A DNA stretch of 64,000 nt from a virus: IMG/VR virus record IMGVR_UViG_3300021963_006848, positions 1 to 64,000 of that record, one strand, 5' to 3'. Positions 1-9,547 of this stretch are shown in pieces (the stretch's first letter is position 1; each line of letters begins with the position of its first letter). Under the pieces are notes generated by a model, which was not told the origin of the DNA, made no database searches, and saw only the letters and a program-made list of their open reading frames with translations. The translations under genes and the position numbers were made by a program.

Positions 1-26
1 TTTAATCAATTAAAAATGAAAATCAA

Positions 27-278
27 ATGTTCACACTAGTATTAATCACTATAACAGCCATTGTCGCTATTATAGGCAGTATCAAAATGTATAACCAATT
101 AAGTCATATCCAAAGCGATATCTCAGATATAAAGAAAGACAATGAGAGACGAATCGAATTCAATAGACAAAGAAACGAAAAACGAAAAGAATTCAAAACC
201 AATAGAACAGACATCGATAAGACCCTTAAAAGAGCCGATGCTATGTCCAAGATGCCAACGGCTGATAAGAGAGGATAA
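27..278 (+). CDS. hypothetical protein, N-terminal TM helix plus coiled coil
   Basis: ATG in A-rich context; hydrophobic N-terminus; followed by a hairpin; the only credible plus-strand gene. Confidence 0.65.
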   Translation: MFTLVLITITAIVAIIGSIKMYNQLSHIQSDISDIKKDNERRIEFNRQRNEKRKEFKTNRTDIDKTLKRADAMSKMPTADKRG

Positions 279-337
279 TTTCTGCTATCCATGTGCTATG
301 GATCCTTGGTATACAAGATAAGACATTACCTATATAC

Positions 338-372
338 AAAAAATTCTCCGAAAAAATTTCCGGAGATTTCTT
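338..372. terminator. probable bidirectional intrinsic terminator
   Basis: TCTCCG...CGGAGA stem flanked by A and T tracts, between convergent genes. Confidence 0.55.
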
Positions 373-406
373 GAAAATATACCAAAAAGGTTATTTTGAA
401 AACCGA

Positions 407-613
407 CTATAGGTAATAGTCTTTCTTGTCTTTGGGTTCACCTACGGTTAATATGCCTAATATAAGATTATATAGCATATAATAGACCATAGATAGGAGT
501 GAGACAATTAGAATAGCTTCTACAAAGGCGTGTAGAGGTTCTAAATAAAAAGAGAGGATAAATACTGTAATGATTAGAGCTGTTAAAAAGCCTGCTATAA
601 GTTTCTTTGACAT
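407..613 (-). CDS. small membrane protein
   Basis: two hydrophobic segments. Confidence 0.65.
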   Translation of the reverse strand: MSKKLIAGFLTALIITVFILSFYLEPLHAFVEAILIVSLLSMVYYMLYNLILGILTVGEPKDKKDYYL

Positions 614-621
614 ATTGTTTA

Positions 622-867
622 TTATTTAGTATCCTGGAAAGTAATTTGTTCTAATTCGACTGAGACATAAGTATCACCTCTTTCAATTAAACACTCATTG
701 GTTAACCATAACTCTCCCATACCCACTATCTGATAGAGATAAAAATTATGACCTTCGGTAGTAGTAAGGTAGATCTTGTCTGTAATACCGGCCTCTTCAA
801 AAAATTCTGCCACACCCATCCAATAATGGAAGAAAAGAGAGGTGTCATTGATTCGTAAATGATACAT
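622..867 (-). CDS. hypothetical protein
   Basis: ORF packed with its neighbours. Confidence 0.6.
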   Translation of the reverse strand: MYHLRINDTSLFFHYWMGVAEFFEEAGITDKIYLTTTEGHNFYLYQIVGMGELWLTNECLIERGDTYVSVELEQITFQDTK

Positions 868-878
868 ATTATTTTTAT

Positions 879-1112
879 TTATCTTGTTACTTTAACTAAA
901 TTAGATCCCCAACCCTTTCTTTCTATAGACTGTAAGTAGGCGGCCGTTTCTGGATTCTTAATTACTTCTATCTCGCAATACTCTGTCTTACCTGATATGA
1001 TAGTTCTTACATGCCACTTATCTTGAGAGGAACACTTAACACATACACGGGTAGAAGGTAGAGCTTTAAGTCGTAGAGGATTGATAGTATTACCGCAATT
1101 ATTACAATTCAT
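879..1112 (-). CDS. DksA/TraR-like C4 zinc-finger protein
   Basis: CxxC...I.PLRLKALP.TRVCxxC pattern. Confidence 0.6.
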   Translation of the reverse strand: MNCNNCGNTINPLRLKALPSTRVCVKCSSQDKWHVRTIISGKTEYCEIEVIKNPETAAYLQSIERKGWGSNLVKVTR

Positions 1113-1169
1113 AAATTATATATTTATATATTTATATATTACTATAGTTGAAAAATCATCAGAAATATA

Positions 1170-1330
1170 TTCCTAGGTAGGGCCCTCCCGGCTTCTCTCA
1201 CGCCGTCTTAGGGAACAATACCGGCACTGTTATATCACCTTGCCCTAACCTTGCTGTCTAGGTGACCGACTGCCCCCGAAGGGTGACCGGCCTACTCATC
1301 ACAATAGGCTCGGTCAGCGGTTATGGTCTT
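1170..1330 (-). ncRNA. candidate structured RNA in a GC-rich intergenic segment
   Basis: 7-bp outer stem TGACCGA/TCGGTCA, inner GCCTA/TAGGC stem and CCC-UUCG-GGG tetraloop on the minus strand. Confidence 0.35.
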
Positions 1331-1332
1331 GA

Positions 1333-1845
1333 TTAGATTAGGCTTAATTGTTGCTCAGGTGTCTTATCTATCACCTTATAGGCTCCAGTTACCTTACGAG
1401 TAGGCTTATACTCTGTACCTACATTGTCTATCATCACACCATCTACTACAGCAAAGGCATGCTTAGCTACTGTAACGATATATGATCCTTTAGGATAAGA
1501 CTCCATAAAGCTCTTAACAGTCTTCTGTCTATGGATTAACTCTCCATATAACTTATACATGTTAGTGATAGCTTGCTTAGGCATTACCTCGAAGGCTACC
1601 TCTTTGGTACCTATCTTAGCTGTACCTACTTCAGCTAGCTTAGACATATTCTCTACTAACTCTTTGTTAAGTACTCCTTTACGATCTTCTCTATTGAAGG
1701 TCTCTTTAACGAATGAATGAGCTGTATCATAAGTAACACCTATAGAGGCTGCTACTGCTTTGACTACACAGTCATTGTTTTCTTTGTTAGCTACTTTAGA
1801 TGTCTTGATACCAGCGATAACGTCTTTTGAATAATTGAATTTCAT
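1333..1845 (-). CDS. hypothetical phage protein (NDCVVKA...KHAFAVVDG, possible Cys-His fold)
   Basis: long ORF with its own promoter and AAAGGTTATG start. Confidence 0.7.
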   Translation of the reverse strand: MKFNYSKDVIAGIKTSKVANKENNDCVVKAVAASIGVTYDTAHSFVKETFNREDRKGVLNKELVENMSKLAEVGTAKIGTKEVAFEVMPKQAITNMYKLYGELIHRQKTVKSFMESYPKGSYIVTVAKHAFAVVDGVMIDNVGTEYKPTRKVTGAYKVIDKTPEQQLSLI

Positions 1846-1875
1846 AACCTTTATTTTATTTTTAATGATTGAATA

Positions 1876-1912
1876 TACCTTAAGATAAGAACCTTTACGC
1901 AGACTTCCAACT
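1876..1912 (-). promoter_or_regulatory. class I promoter (AGTTG-N16-TTC(G/T)TATCTTAAGGTA)
   Basis: 37-nt motif with about 20 related copies upstream of genes; spacing matches the Bacteroidota -33/-7 promoter. Confidence 0.75.
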
Positions 1913-1913
1913 T

Positions 1914-2249
1914 TTAATTAAGATGTTTTCCGGCAAAGGCCATATGAGCTTCATTCTCATATTCCGTATGTACCTCTTGTAAGGCAGCCTCGAAGTCCTC
2001 TGTAGAGATAACTCTAGGTTCTTCGAACACTACCTCATGCTCTAGGTACTCCAAACGAACATAGTCCGAAGACTTAGCCAATAAGATCTTCTTAATAGCC
2101 TTCACACACTCCTCTGTACAATAGAAGAATGAATCACTATCAGCTCTAAGGCTGAACTCCATACCGCCTTTCGGCTTCCAATAAGGTGACTCTGAAGAGC
2201 CATAATTCTCATAATACTGAGCTGTGATGCGAACTAATGAATTTTCCAT
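1914..2249 (-). CDS. hypothetical protein (start corrected to ATG 2249, MENSLV)
   Basis: the track start lies inside a promoter motif. Confidence 0.65.
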   Translation of the reverse strand: MENSLVRITAQYYENYGSSESPYWKPKGGMEFSLRADSDSFFYCTEECVKAIKKILLAKSSDYVRLEYLEHEVVFEEPRVISTEDFEAALQEVHTEYENEAHMAFAGKHLN

Positions 2250-2268
2250 AACCGTTGTTGTTTTAATA

Positions 2269-2305
2269 TACCTTAAGATACGAACTATTACGCAGAATAG
2301 CAACT
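2269..2305 (-). promoter_or_regulatory. class I promoter
   Basis: AGTTGCTATTCTGCGTAATAGTTCGTATCTTAAGGTA. Confidence 0.75.
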
Positions 2306-2570
2306 ATTTCACCAACTCTTTTTGAATTAAGTTAGTAGTAATTCTAAGCCTTTCTACGATAGATTCCGGAAGGCCAGCCTCTTTAGCTTGACCTAATAGG
2401 TTCCAATATAGATAGCCGTCCCAGATTCCACATAGCTCATTATACAAAGCATTGTACCAGGTCTCGTTGATAGACATATAATAGTCTTCTACCTGACGCA
2501 TGGTCTGGCTGTAGAACTCATGATCTTCGGCAGTGAAGATCTCATGGCGGTTAAATCTGATGGTTTCCAT
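2304..2570 (-). CDS. hypothetical protein
   Basis: ORF with promoter at 2587-2622. Confidence 0.65.
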   Translation of the reverse strand: METIRFNRHEIFTAEDHEFYSQTMRQVEDYYMSINETWYNALYNELCGIWDGYLYWNLLGQAKEAGLPESIVERLRITTNLIQKELVK

Positions 2571-2624
2571 ATCTCTCTTTCTTTATATCTAAATGTACGA
2601 ACTTATACGCAGACTACCAACTTT

Positions 2625-2912
2625 TTACTTGTATATTTCCACAATATTATCAAGTATTTCTTGTAAGGCAGCCTCCTGAGTCTTAATCCACTGATGGTAG
2701 GCAGACTGTTCTTTTGAAGGCGTAGCCCAAGGAATATAATAAGTACATATATCCCAGTAATCACCTCCTGATAATTCAAAGTCTCCATACTTAGGCATAG
2801 AGATCTGATATCTACCACCTTCTGAATGCTCTATAGTGGTACCTGGCCATCTCTCACATATCTCTGTAAAGAAGGCTCTCTTGATTGTCTTACGTCTTTC
2901 TGATGATGTCAT
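2625..2912 (-). CDS. hypothetical protein (start corrected to 2912, MTSSER)
   Basis: promoter at 2932-2968 directly upstream. Confidence 0.6.
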   Translation of the reverse strand: MTSSERRKTIKRAFFTEICERWPGTTIEHSEGGRYQISMPKYGDFELSGGDYWDICTYYIPWATPSKEQSAYHQWIKTQEAALQEILDNIVEIYK

Positions 2913-3390
2913 AACCGTTAATCTTTTAATGTACCTTAAGATACGAAGATTCTGGCAGAAAGGCAACTATTTCCCCATATATTTCCCCATATTATGGCCG
3001 GAAAAAAAGTTATATAGAAAGTTGGTCCCCTGGGTAAAAAGGTGCATATACTTCCTTCTTTTCCCTCTATACATTATACCCTGTTTATTCTACACAACCT
3101 CGTATATATCCATATAAACATATATTCATATAAAACTATAGGTATATACATATATCTTTCTTAATAGACTTTATGGTAATGAAGGTGATTTGATTGTGGT
3201 TCTCCCTATGATAGATTGGTTATCTCCGATTATCTCTTGTAACCTTATACCAAGTAGTAACCCAAGTCATACACTCTCAGCCACCATTTATATCTATATC
3301 CAGATATTGCATATTACATTCCCCAATATGTCAAAGAACTTGTCCTTATAGTCCCCCCCGTTGTAGGGTCGATGAAAGGTTTGGACAATA

Positions 3391-3445
3391 TGCGCGTGCT
3401 CACTTCGTTCGATGGAGAGGATAAGCCCCCTCCCTCTCACTCGTC
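3391..3445 (-). repeat. GC-rich dispersed element, copy 1
   Basis: shares GCGCG...CTTCG...GAGAGG...GCCCCC blocks with 3995-4040 and 50827-50885. Confidence 0.6.
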
Positions 3446-3982
3446 TTACTTTAAATCCCTCCAATTCTTCCACAATTCATAATCATGCTCGTTAATCTCA
3501 TAACCCCAATGTAGTAATGACTGTTGTATACGAGGACTAACATGCCATTCTCCTGTCTTACCCCAATCATTCTTATCTGCTTTATAGAGCTGATAATAGA
3601 TATTGTTTCTCCACCTACCTCCTCTACCGCAAAAGTCCTGCCATCGGGCTATCTGTCTATCATCATCTTCGTGTCTTCTACCCATATCATACTTACACCA
3701 CCACTCAAACCAACCATAAGGGTCATCCTCATGCATCCATCCCATATCCTTCCAATACTCATAATCCATACCCGATCTAACTCCCCATTTGTTATGCTTT
3801 GGTTTGTACTTCTCACCTAAGTAATACTCCACCGGTATATCTTTGAAATGATATTCAAATAAACTATTATAGTCGTAGTTGGTATACTCCTCTATAGGAA
3901 AGCCGAAATAACAGCCTCCAAATGCTCCTGCCTCTATTACTTGTCGAGGTGTTAGGTTAGGATAGAATTCTAATTTTGACAT
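3446..3982 (-). CDS. conserved hypothetical protein (FYPNLTP...GAFGG, DPYGWFEW...GRR..DD.RQI.RW)
   Basis: motifs recalled from an uncharacterised family in large DNA viruses and microbes. Confidence 0.75.
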   Translation of the reverse strand: MSKLEFYPNLTPRQVIEAGAFGGCYFGFPIEEYTNYDYNSLFEYHFKDIPVEYYLGEKYKPKHNKWGVRSGMDYEYWKDMGWMHEDDPYGWFEWWCKYDMGRRHEDDDRQIARWQDFCGRGGRWRNNIYYQLYKADKNDWGKTGEWHVSPRIQQSLLHWGYEINEHDYELWKNWRDLK

Positions 3983-3994
3983 AACTTGTTAAAT

Positions 3995-4040
3995 TTGCGC
4001 GGGTCGACTTCGTCGGAGAGGATAAAGCGCCCCCACTCGC
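3995..4040 (-). repeat. GC-rich dispersed element, copy 2
   Basis: GCGCGGGTCGACTTCGTCGGAGAGGATAAAGCGCCCCC. Confidence 0.6.
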
Positions 4041-4282
4041 TACTTTCCGGACTTCTGTCTTATCCATTTGTACATATAATCTCTATCATATGCTAATGGA
4101 GATGGTAAGTCGCTATATTGACATATCTCTTCTTCTTCTTTGCAAGGACTATCATCAAAGATTGACCTATTGCATTTATCACACCAATCAGTATCATCTA
4201 AGTCTAATAACTCTCCACAACATTCACATGGTTGGGTGTTACTATAGGCATGTCCTACACATGGTGGTATCTTCTTATCCAT
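4040..4282 (-). CDS. small zinc-ribbon protein
   Basis: CECC...CDKC. Confidence 0.6.
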   Translation of the reverse strand: MDKKIPPCVGHAYSNTQPCECCGELLDLDDTDWCDKCNRSIFDDSPCKEEEEICQYSDLPSPLAYDRDYMYKWIRQKSGK

Positions 4283-4288
4283 TTATTA

Positions 4289-4531
4289 TTACTTATATAG
4301 TCCGTCGTATAGTCCTTCATCATAACCATCCATCCATACTTCCTGATATACTGCATCTAAATTCTCAGGCTTTCTACCTGTCTTTCTTATCTGGGGATTA
4401 GTCTCTATTATATGAGCTATTGCATGGACTATCTCTTCGGTGCCGAAATGAGTCTTCCAGTCGCATTCATCTGCTACTTGATTTACCCACTCCATATATA
4501 ACCGATGTAGTTCTTCTTTATCTATAATCAT
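4289..4531 (-). CDS. hypothetical protein
   Basis: packed ORF. Confidence 0.65.
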   Translation of the reverse strand: MIIDKEELHRLYMEWVNQVADECDWKTHFGTEEIVHAIAHIIETNPQIRKTGRKPENLDAVYQEVWMDGYDEGLYDGLYK

Positions 4532-4532
4532 A

Positions 4533-4715
4533 TTAAGGTTTTTGTCTATCGGCTCTTTCGATATCTCTCTTGAGCTTGTTAACGGTTCTTTGTTTACTTT
4601 TTATTGCTACAGACTTAGCCCACTTACCCATATTATTTACAGGTACTCTCTCTTCCCATTCTTCGAGCTCATGTTGAGCTTTCTTCAATCGTTGCTTTAG
4701 TTTGTTACTTGCCAT
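4533..4715 (-). CDS. hypothetical basic coiled-coil protein
   Basis: packed ORF, TAATG coupling. Confidence 0.6.
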   Translation of the reverse strand: MASNKLKQRLKKAQHELEEWEERVPVNNMGKWAKSVAIKSKQRTVNKLKRDIERADRQKP

Positions 4716-5356
4716 TATATTAAAACTTCTTTTGATTCTATTCCTAATTTATCTAATACTATGCTTAAAGCTAATCCTTCTGCTCCTCCTAATGCAAATG
4801 GCGTCTTAATGTATGTATCGTTATTCATTAAAGACATATAAGTAAAGACTGGAGCTATTGTTTCTAGCTCATACCTTATTGCTTGATAGTCTATATCATC
4901 TCTAAAGAACATCACATACTCCCATATCGTCTTCCAATCCTTATACTCTATGCCCTTATACTCGCAATAATCTTTTAGATACTTAAAGCATGGATTAACA
5001 TTCTTGTAATGTCCGAAGTCACCTTCCGGCCAGCTACCTTGATAGGTTATCTGATGGTGTTGAGACTTCTCCAGAAAGCTTTTTATTCTATGCTCATCGT
5101 AATACTTGTCGGCATCTAAATGCAGGACACTACAGTCATACTCCTCAATTAAATTTAAACAAAAGAGGAGCTTATCAAGATAAGTAAAGATCTGTCTAGG
5201 GTATACATAAACATCTACTGGGTCAAATAATTCTGGACGGCTAGTTAGTATTTTTACTGTATACCCTTGTTCTTGTAGAAACCTGTAAGTACTTATAGAG
5301 TTACTTACATGATAACTATTAACTCCTACTAAAGATATAATAACATTGTCTTTCAT
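4715..5356 (-). CDS. GT-A-like (DxD) protein
   Basis: K...VLHLDAD motif. Confidence 0.5.
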   Translation of the reverse strand: MKDNVIISLVGVNSYHVSNSISTYRFLQEQGYTVKILTSRPELFDPVDVYVYPRQIFTYLDKLLFCLNLIEEYDCSVLHLDADKYYDEHRIKSFLEKSQHHQITYQGSWPEGDFGHYKNVNPCFKYLKDYCEYKGIEYKDWKTIWEYVMFFRDDIDYQAIRYELETIAPVFTYMSLMNNDTYIKTPFALGGAEGLALSIVLDKLGIESKEVLI

Positions 5357-5357
5357 C

Positions 5358-6533
5358 CTATAATACTGTTGATGGTTTAAACTTAAAACCTGTTATCTCT
5401 TCGTAAAGAAGTTCTCCTCTAGACATGTAAGGTATATCAATCTTATATTTATCCCACACTTTAGTGTAGAAGTTATGCACATTTCTTATATACTGCTCTC
5501 CAAACTGTTCAGCTATTGCTCCGATTGCTAAACATTCAAAGAAAGGAGCCCACTTATTAAAAGTAGGATGCAATACCCCGGTAAAACTATCTTTAAATAA
5601 CTTCTTAAGACCTTCTCCGTCAGCAACTGAGTATTCTTTGTATTTTTGCTTCTCTACTCTATAGCCTGATGCTCTAGCCAGCTGGGCATTAGCTTCTACT
5701 CCTGGGAGGAAGCCGTCTTTAAGCGTATGTAGTTTAAAGTTAACCGGGAATTTATAATGTAGATAGTCTACTAAGTTATCTTTACTACTATAGTTAAATT
5801 GCATAAAGACATCATCACATACAAAATGCTCATTCTTCATTACACTCTGGTAATACTTCGGATTATCTTGCATCATATACAAATGTATTAACATCTGTTC
5901 TACATATACACCCCCGTATGTATTTCTATCGATTACATCTTTATGTCTATCGTAATACTCTAAAGCTTTTCTTGTAGCATAACGCATCAAAGCAGTATCT
6001 TTTACATAAGTTAAATTACCATTAGGTATTTTAAACAAATCTACATTAATAGGGTCTAAATGTTCATGCTCTTCCTCATGTAAGAAAAATAGACTTGTAT
6101 AACACCTTGATATATTATTAATGTACTGGCTTAATCCAGGGGATGAAGTAAGATTCTCGAAATCTACATGTTGATCAGAGTGAGCATAAGTAACTGGGCT
6201 TGTTGATTTAGTAAAATCGATCTTATTAAAGATATAAGTATCCGTATCTATATGTAGATAAGGTAAAGTTAATTCTTTAAATACTCTCATCTTAGGATAG
6301 GTATAACTCTTAGAAACTACTCCGTCTAATAGACTTGTATTAATCTCTGTATAAGGTACCCCAATTTCTTCTATCTGCCTAGCTATAACCTTATTTGTAT
6401 ATAAAGTTATGTTACCATACTCTCTTTGAGCTAATAAAGCGCTTAACATCTGTCCATACATTAGCTCCTTCCAGATTATAGGAGGTACTATTTCTCCTGG
6501 TACTGTAGGTATGTAGGTATGTACTACTTGCAT
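5358..6533 (-). CDS. DUF6734-like / nucleotide-diphospho-sugar transferase-like protein
   Basis: YGNITLYTN, PK...PYLHIDTD; paralogous to 25811-26773. Confidence 0.55.
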   Translation of the reverse strand: MQVVHTYIPTVPGEIVPPIIWKELMYGQMLSALLAQREYGNITLYTNKVIARQIEEIGVPYTEINTSLLDGVVSKSYTYPKMRVFKELTLPYLHIDTDTYIFNKIDFTKSTSPVTYAHSDQHVDFENLTSSPGLSQYINNISRCYTSLFFLHEEEHEHLDPINVDLFKIPNGNLTYVKDTALMRYATRKALEYYDRHKDVIDRNTYGGVYVEQMLIHLYMMQDNPKYYQSVMKNEHFVCDDVFMQFNYSSKDNLVDYLHYKFPVNFKLHTLKDGFLPGVEANAQLARASGYRVEKQKYKEYSVADGEGLKKLFKDSFTGVLHPTFNKWAPFFECLAIGAIAEQFGEQYIRNVHNFYTKVWDKYKIDIPYMSRGELLYEEITGFKFKPSTVL

Positions 6534-6536
6534 ATG

Positions 6537-6794
6537 TTATCGAGTATAGCAGTTTCGTTTAGCTAAAGTATATAACTTTAAGTACTTAAGTGATGTATTA
6601 TCTGCTCTAGTAATAGCAGCATACAAATCATTCTCACAGACTGCTTCAACAAAGCCTCCGCCTTGCCATACTCCGTCTCTATGCATCATAATACTAGCTA
6701 CCATTCTAGTAGCGGTAGGATCTTCTACATCCCATCCTTTTAAAAACTCTTCTGCTGTCTTAAGACACTTCTCATGGTGTGCGTTTCTATCCAT
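6537..6794 (-). CDS. hypothetical phage protein (GGFVEAV.ENDL..A..RAD)
   Basis: recurrent phage motif. Confidence 0.65.
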   Translation of the reverse strand: MDRNAHHEKCLKTAEEFLKGWDVEDPTATRMVASIMMHRDGVWQGGGFVEAVCENDLYAAITRADNTSLKYLKLYTLAKRNCYTR

Positions 6795-6979
6795 TATTTA
6801 TTTCTTTTAATGTGTTTTGCTAATGCAAATTTATAATTTAATTCATGATTCAGTTGATCGTTAGCTAAGATTCTATCTTTATTCTTAGCCCACCATACTT
6901 GATATTCTTCTGAAGGAGTAGTTGGTTTAATCAAACCATCTTCTAACATCTCCTTATACTTCTTGATTGAATCGCTCAT
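6794..6979 (-). CDS. hypothetical protein
   Basis: packed ORF. Confidence 0.55.
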   Translation of the reverse strand: MSDSIKKYKEMLEDGLIKPTTPSEEYQVWWAKNKDRILANDQLNHELNYKFALAKHIKRNK

Positions 6980-7244
6980 ATTCTTGAATTGCTGCTAGTA
7001 AATAAGTCACTTCTTCTTCGTCTAAATACCCTTGTACATCTCCTCCGGCTACTGGATTGTCATAATGTAGCTCTCCATTAGAGTCTAGTACTGCTAATTC
7101 ATACTTGCCGTCTTTACCTCCATAAGAGTATGTATGGCTAACAACAGAGGCTCCCCATCCGTTATCAAACATGATACGGCTTATTTTACCCGACATAAAC
7201 GGGTCTGATAATGTTTCGAATTGTAAATCGTTGAATGTCTTCAT
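6954..7244 (-). CDS. hypothetical phage protein (FDNGWGASVV...GKYELAVL)
   Basis: recurrent phage motif; AAAGGTTATG start. Confidence 0.7.
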   Translation of the reverse strand: MKTFNDLQFETLSDPFMSGKISRIMFDNGWGASVVSHTYSYGGKDGKYELAVLDSNGELHYDNPVAGGDVQGYLDEEEVTYLLAAIQEYERFNQEV

Positions 7245-7298
7245 AACCTTTATTTGATTTCGTTTATTAAATATAAGAAAAATTACGCTAATCTAATA

Positions 7299-7811
7299 CT
7301 ACTTCCAGTGATTGTTTTCCTTCTCCCACCAGAAGGTTAAGTCTTGGGTCTCGTCATCATAGTACTCTGCTATATGGTCGCACTTAAAAGCTGAATGTTT
7401 ATTTTCATAAAGCGAGGTAGTTATGATAGGATTATCCATTTCCAGAGAGGTTCTCATTAGGTTAATTAAAGACTTATAATTACTTCCTCTGATTACTCCT
7501 GCTTCTACTAAGATAACATTCTTAACTCCTATAGCATTCTTATGAAGTAAGAACATGGAACACGCCTCATTAACAAACCTAGTATCCCATTCTTGGTCTG
7601 GGTATGGAACGTCTACTCCAAAGCCATCTGCTATCTCTCCTTCATGAGTAAGCTCATGTCGAATAATCTGTCCGGCTATAGAGGAGTAGTCTGTTGATAC
7701 AGTGACCACTACGCTGTTACTAGCATTATAACCTGCTTTAGTTAAAGCTTCTGCTACTGATTGAATACATCTCAATTCAGTAATCGGGTCAATGTACAAT
7801 TCTGTTCTCAT
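7299..7811 (-). CDS. divergent phosphoribosyltransferase-fold protein
   Basis: VILVEAGVIRGSN resembles a PRPP loop; C-terminal LTFWWE resembles WLVFPWE of 61120-61542. Confidence 0.5.
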   Translation of the reverse strand: MRTELYIDPITELRCIQSVAEALTKAGYNASNSVVVTVSTDYSSIAGQIIRHELTHEGEIADGFGVDVPYPDQEWDTRFVNEACSMFLLHKNAIGVKNVILVEAGVIRGSNYKSLINLMRTSLEMDNPIITTSLYENKHSAFKCDHIAEYYDDETQDLTFWWEKENNHWK

Positions 7812-7821
7812 ATGATTTAGT

Positions 7822-8124
7822 TTATTTTACAAGTCCTAGAGTCTTAGCTCTATAATAACCTACCATTTTACCTGTAGCAGGATTTAAAAACTGCTGCTGA
7901 CTTTTTGGAAGCTTCTTATTAGCTTTCTTCTGAGCCTGCTCTGGTGATAAATAGTCTTTAGGGTATACATTTTCTACCTCAATAGGTCCTCTTGTAAACT
8001 TATCTAGATCATATTTCCAGATTGTAATTGTTCCGTCTGAGTCTTTAAACTCATGTTGGAACTTTCTAGGGGTATTAACTACATTCATCGAATTTTTCAT
8101 TTGCATATTCAATAGCTTCTTCAT
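7822..8124 (-). CDS. hypothetical protein
   Basis: ORF; start uncertain. Confidence 0.6.
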   Translation of the reverse strand: MKKLLNMQMKNSMNVVNTPRKFQHEFKDSDGTITIWKYDLDKFTRGPIEVENVYPKDYLSPEQAQKKANKKLPKSQQQFLNPATGKMVGYYRAKTLGLVK

Positions 8125-8183
8125 GTGATAGGCCCATTGCTAGGCCGACTTCATAATGGTATTCTAAGAATACCTGATTCTGA

Positions 8184-8402
8184 CTAAGACTCATACTCTA
8201 CCTCCTCTTCTTTGATGATGAAGGTGCCACCTGTCTTGAAGCTTTTCTTAATAGCTTCATAAGCTTCTAGAGCTTCTTCTTCAGTACGCTTTAATGCAAG
8301 GCAGTTATTTCCTGCCCAAACGAAGTACTTGGTTTCCATAGTCATGCTATTAGCATCCCACTTTACTTCTTTTTCGATTTTAAACTTTGTGTAACTTTTC
8401 AT
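8184..8402 (-). CDS. hypothetical protein
   Basis: AAAGGTTATG start. Confidence 0.65.
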   Translation of the reverse strand: MKSYTKFKIEKEVKWDANSMTMETKYFVWAGNNCLALKRTEEEALEAYEAIKKSFKTGGTFIIKEEEVEYES

Positions 8403-8431
8403 AACCTTTATTTTATATGTTTTTAATTTAA

Positions 8432-9232
8432 TTAAGCAACAATTGATTCTCTGTAGTAAGAAAGTAAGCTTTCTACCTTATCCATTCTAACCTTATCTGC
8501 AGTAGTAACGTTATCATGGATATTACCATCCCAATCTTTGTAACGGGTAACAACCTCTATGTCAGCAGATTTACCGGAAGCAGTCTTCTTAACAACTTTG
8601 ATCTTACAGATGTTTCTTATTGACCAGTCCCAACGTGCATCTAAGCTTGGGTAATGGTTGTACTTATCAGGAGCAAACTCAACACCTTCTGTCTCAAGTT
8701 TAGCTAAAAGAGCTTGACGTTGTAACTCAGACTTCTCATTATTTAAAAGTCTTAACGCATCACCAAGTCTATAGACTTCTTTCTGTTCAGCAGAATTCCA
8801 AGGTGAAGCGATTCTAAAAGTCTCTATTAGGTTTGTTTTGTTTTCTTTAACAAAAGCTGCTACCTTACCTACGGTAATCAAACGATCGAATTCGAAGTCA
8901 TTATCTACTGTAGTAGAATAAGTACTGATCTGGAAGGGCATACCTTCTTTACTTCCGTAACTTGATCTACAGATATTATAAATCTCTTGACTGTAGTTAT
9001 ACTCTTTTCCAGATCTATCAGTTCTAACCTGAATACGTTTTACTCTGATACCTTCACTGTAATCGTTTTCTAAGATATCACCTTCTTCTAAGATGTTACC
9101 TAACTGAGCAACCCATGTTTCTTTGATAAGATTCTTGTGATTGTCTTCTACTGCATAAAGAGCAGTTTTAGCTGTTTCTAACTGAGCTTCTAAAGAAGCA
9201 ATTTCTGAATTGATGATTTCTAAATTTCTCAT
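8432..9232 (-). CDS. hypothetical protein with coiled coils
   Basis: long ORF, promoter at 9262-9298. Confidence 0.8.
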   Translation of the reverse strand: MRNLEIINSEIASLEAQLETAKTALYAVEDNHKNLIKETWVAQLGNILEEGDILENDYSEGIRVKRIQVRTDRSGKEYNYSQEIYNICRSSYGSKEGMPFQISTYSTTVDNDFEFDRLITVGKVAAFVKENKTNLIETFRIASPWNSAEQKEVYRLGDALRLLNNEKSELQRQALLAKLETEGVEFAPDKYNHYPSLDARWDWSIRNICKIKVVKKTASGKSADIEVVTRYKDWDGNIHDNVTTADKVRMDKVESLLSYYRESIVA

Positions 9233-9289
9233 AACCTTTATTTTTATATGTTTTTCTAATATACCTTAAGATACGAAATAGTACGCAGA

Positions 9290-9406
9290 CTAGCAACTTT
9301 TTTCATGATTATTTTCCGGATTTTTCAAGCCTAAATAAACAAAGAATCCGATTACAAATGGAGTAAAAATTGCGATCTCGATTAATAACTCTTGTAAAGC
9401 TGTCAT
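9290..9406 (-). CDS. small membrane peptide (start corrected to 9406, MTALQE)
   Basis: promoter at 9426-9462. Confidence 0.5.
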   Translation of the reverse strand: MTALQELLIEIAIFTPFVIGFFVYLGLKNPENNHEKSC

Positions 9407-9501
9407 AATATCTATCTTTTGATTATACCTTAAGATACGGACACATACGCAGACTAGCAACTTTTTTACATAAAAAATCACGGAAAACCCAAAGATTCTT
9501 G

Positions 9502-9547
9502 ATTGAGAATCAATGAGTTATACCATATTGAGAATCAATGAGTTATA
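9502..9547. repeat. 21-nt direct repeat x2 (ATTGAGAATCAATGAGTTATA); third copy at 11432-11451
   Basis: seen directly; contains the ATTGA-N3-TCAAT palindrome. Confidence 0.8.

Noticed and set aside
1260-1320. Hammerhead ribozyme suggested by UGAUGAG
   Set aside because: The C of CUGAUGA and the GAAA strand are missing, and the motif sits in a hairpin loop.
9502-9547. Mini CRISPR array
   Set aside because: Only two adjacent repeats with a 4-nt gap. The Cas4-like nuclease at 45.6 kb is a common stand-alone phage gene.
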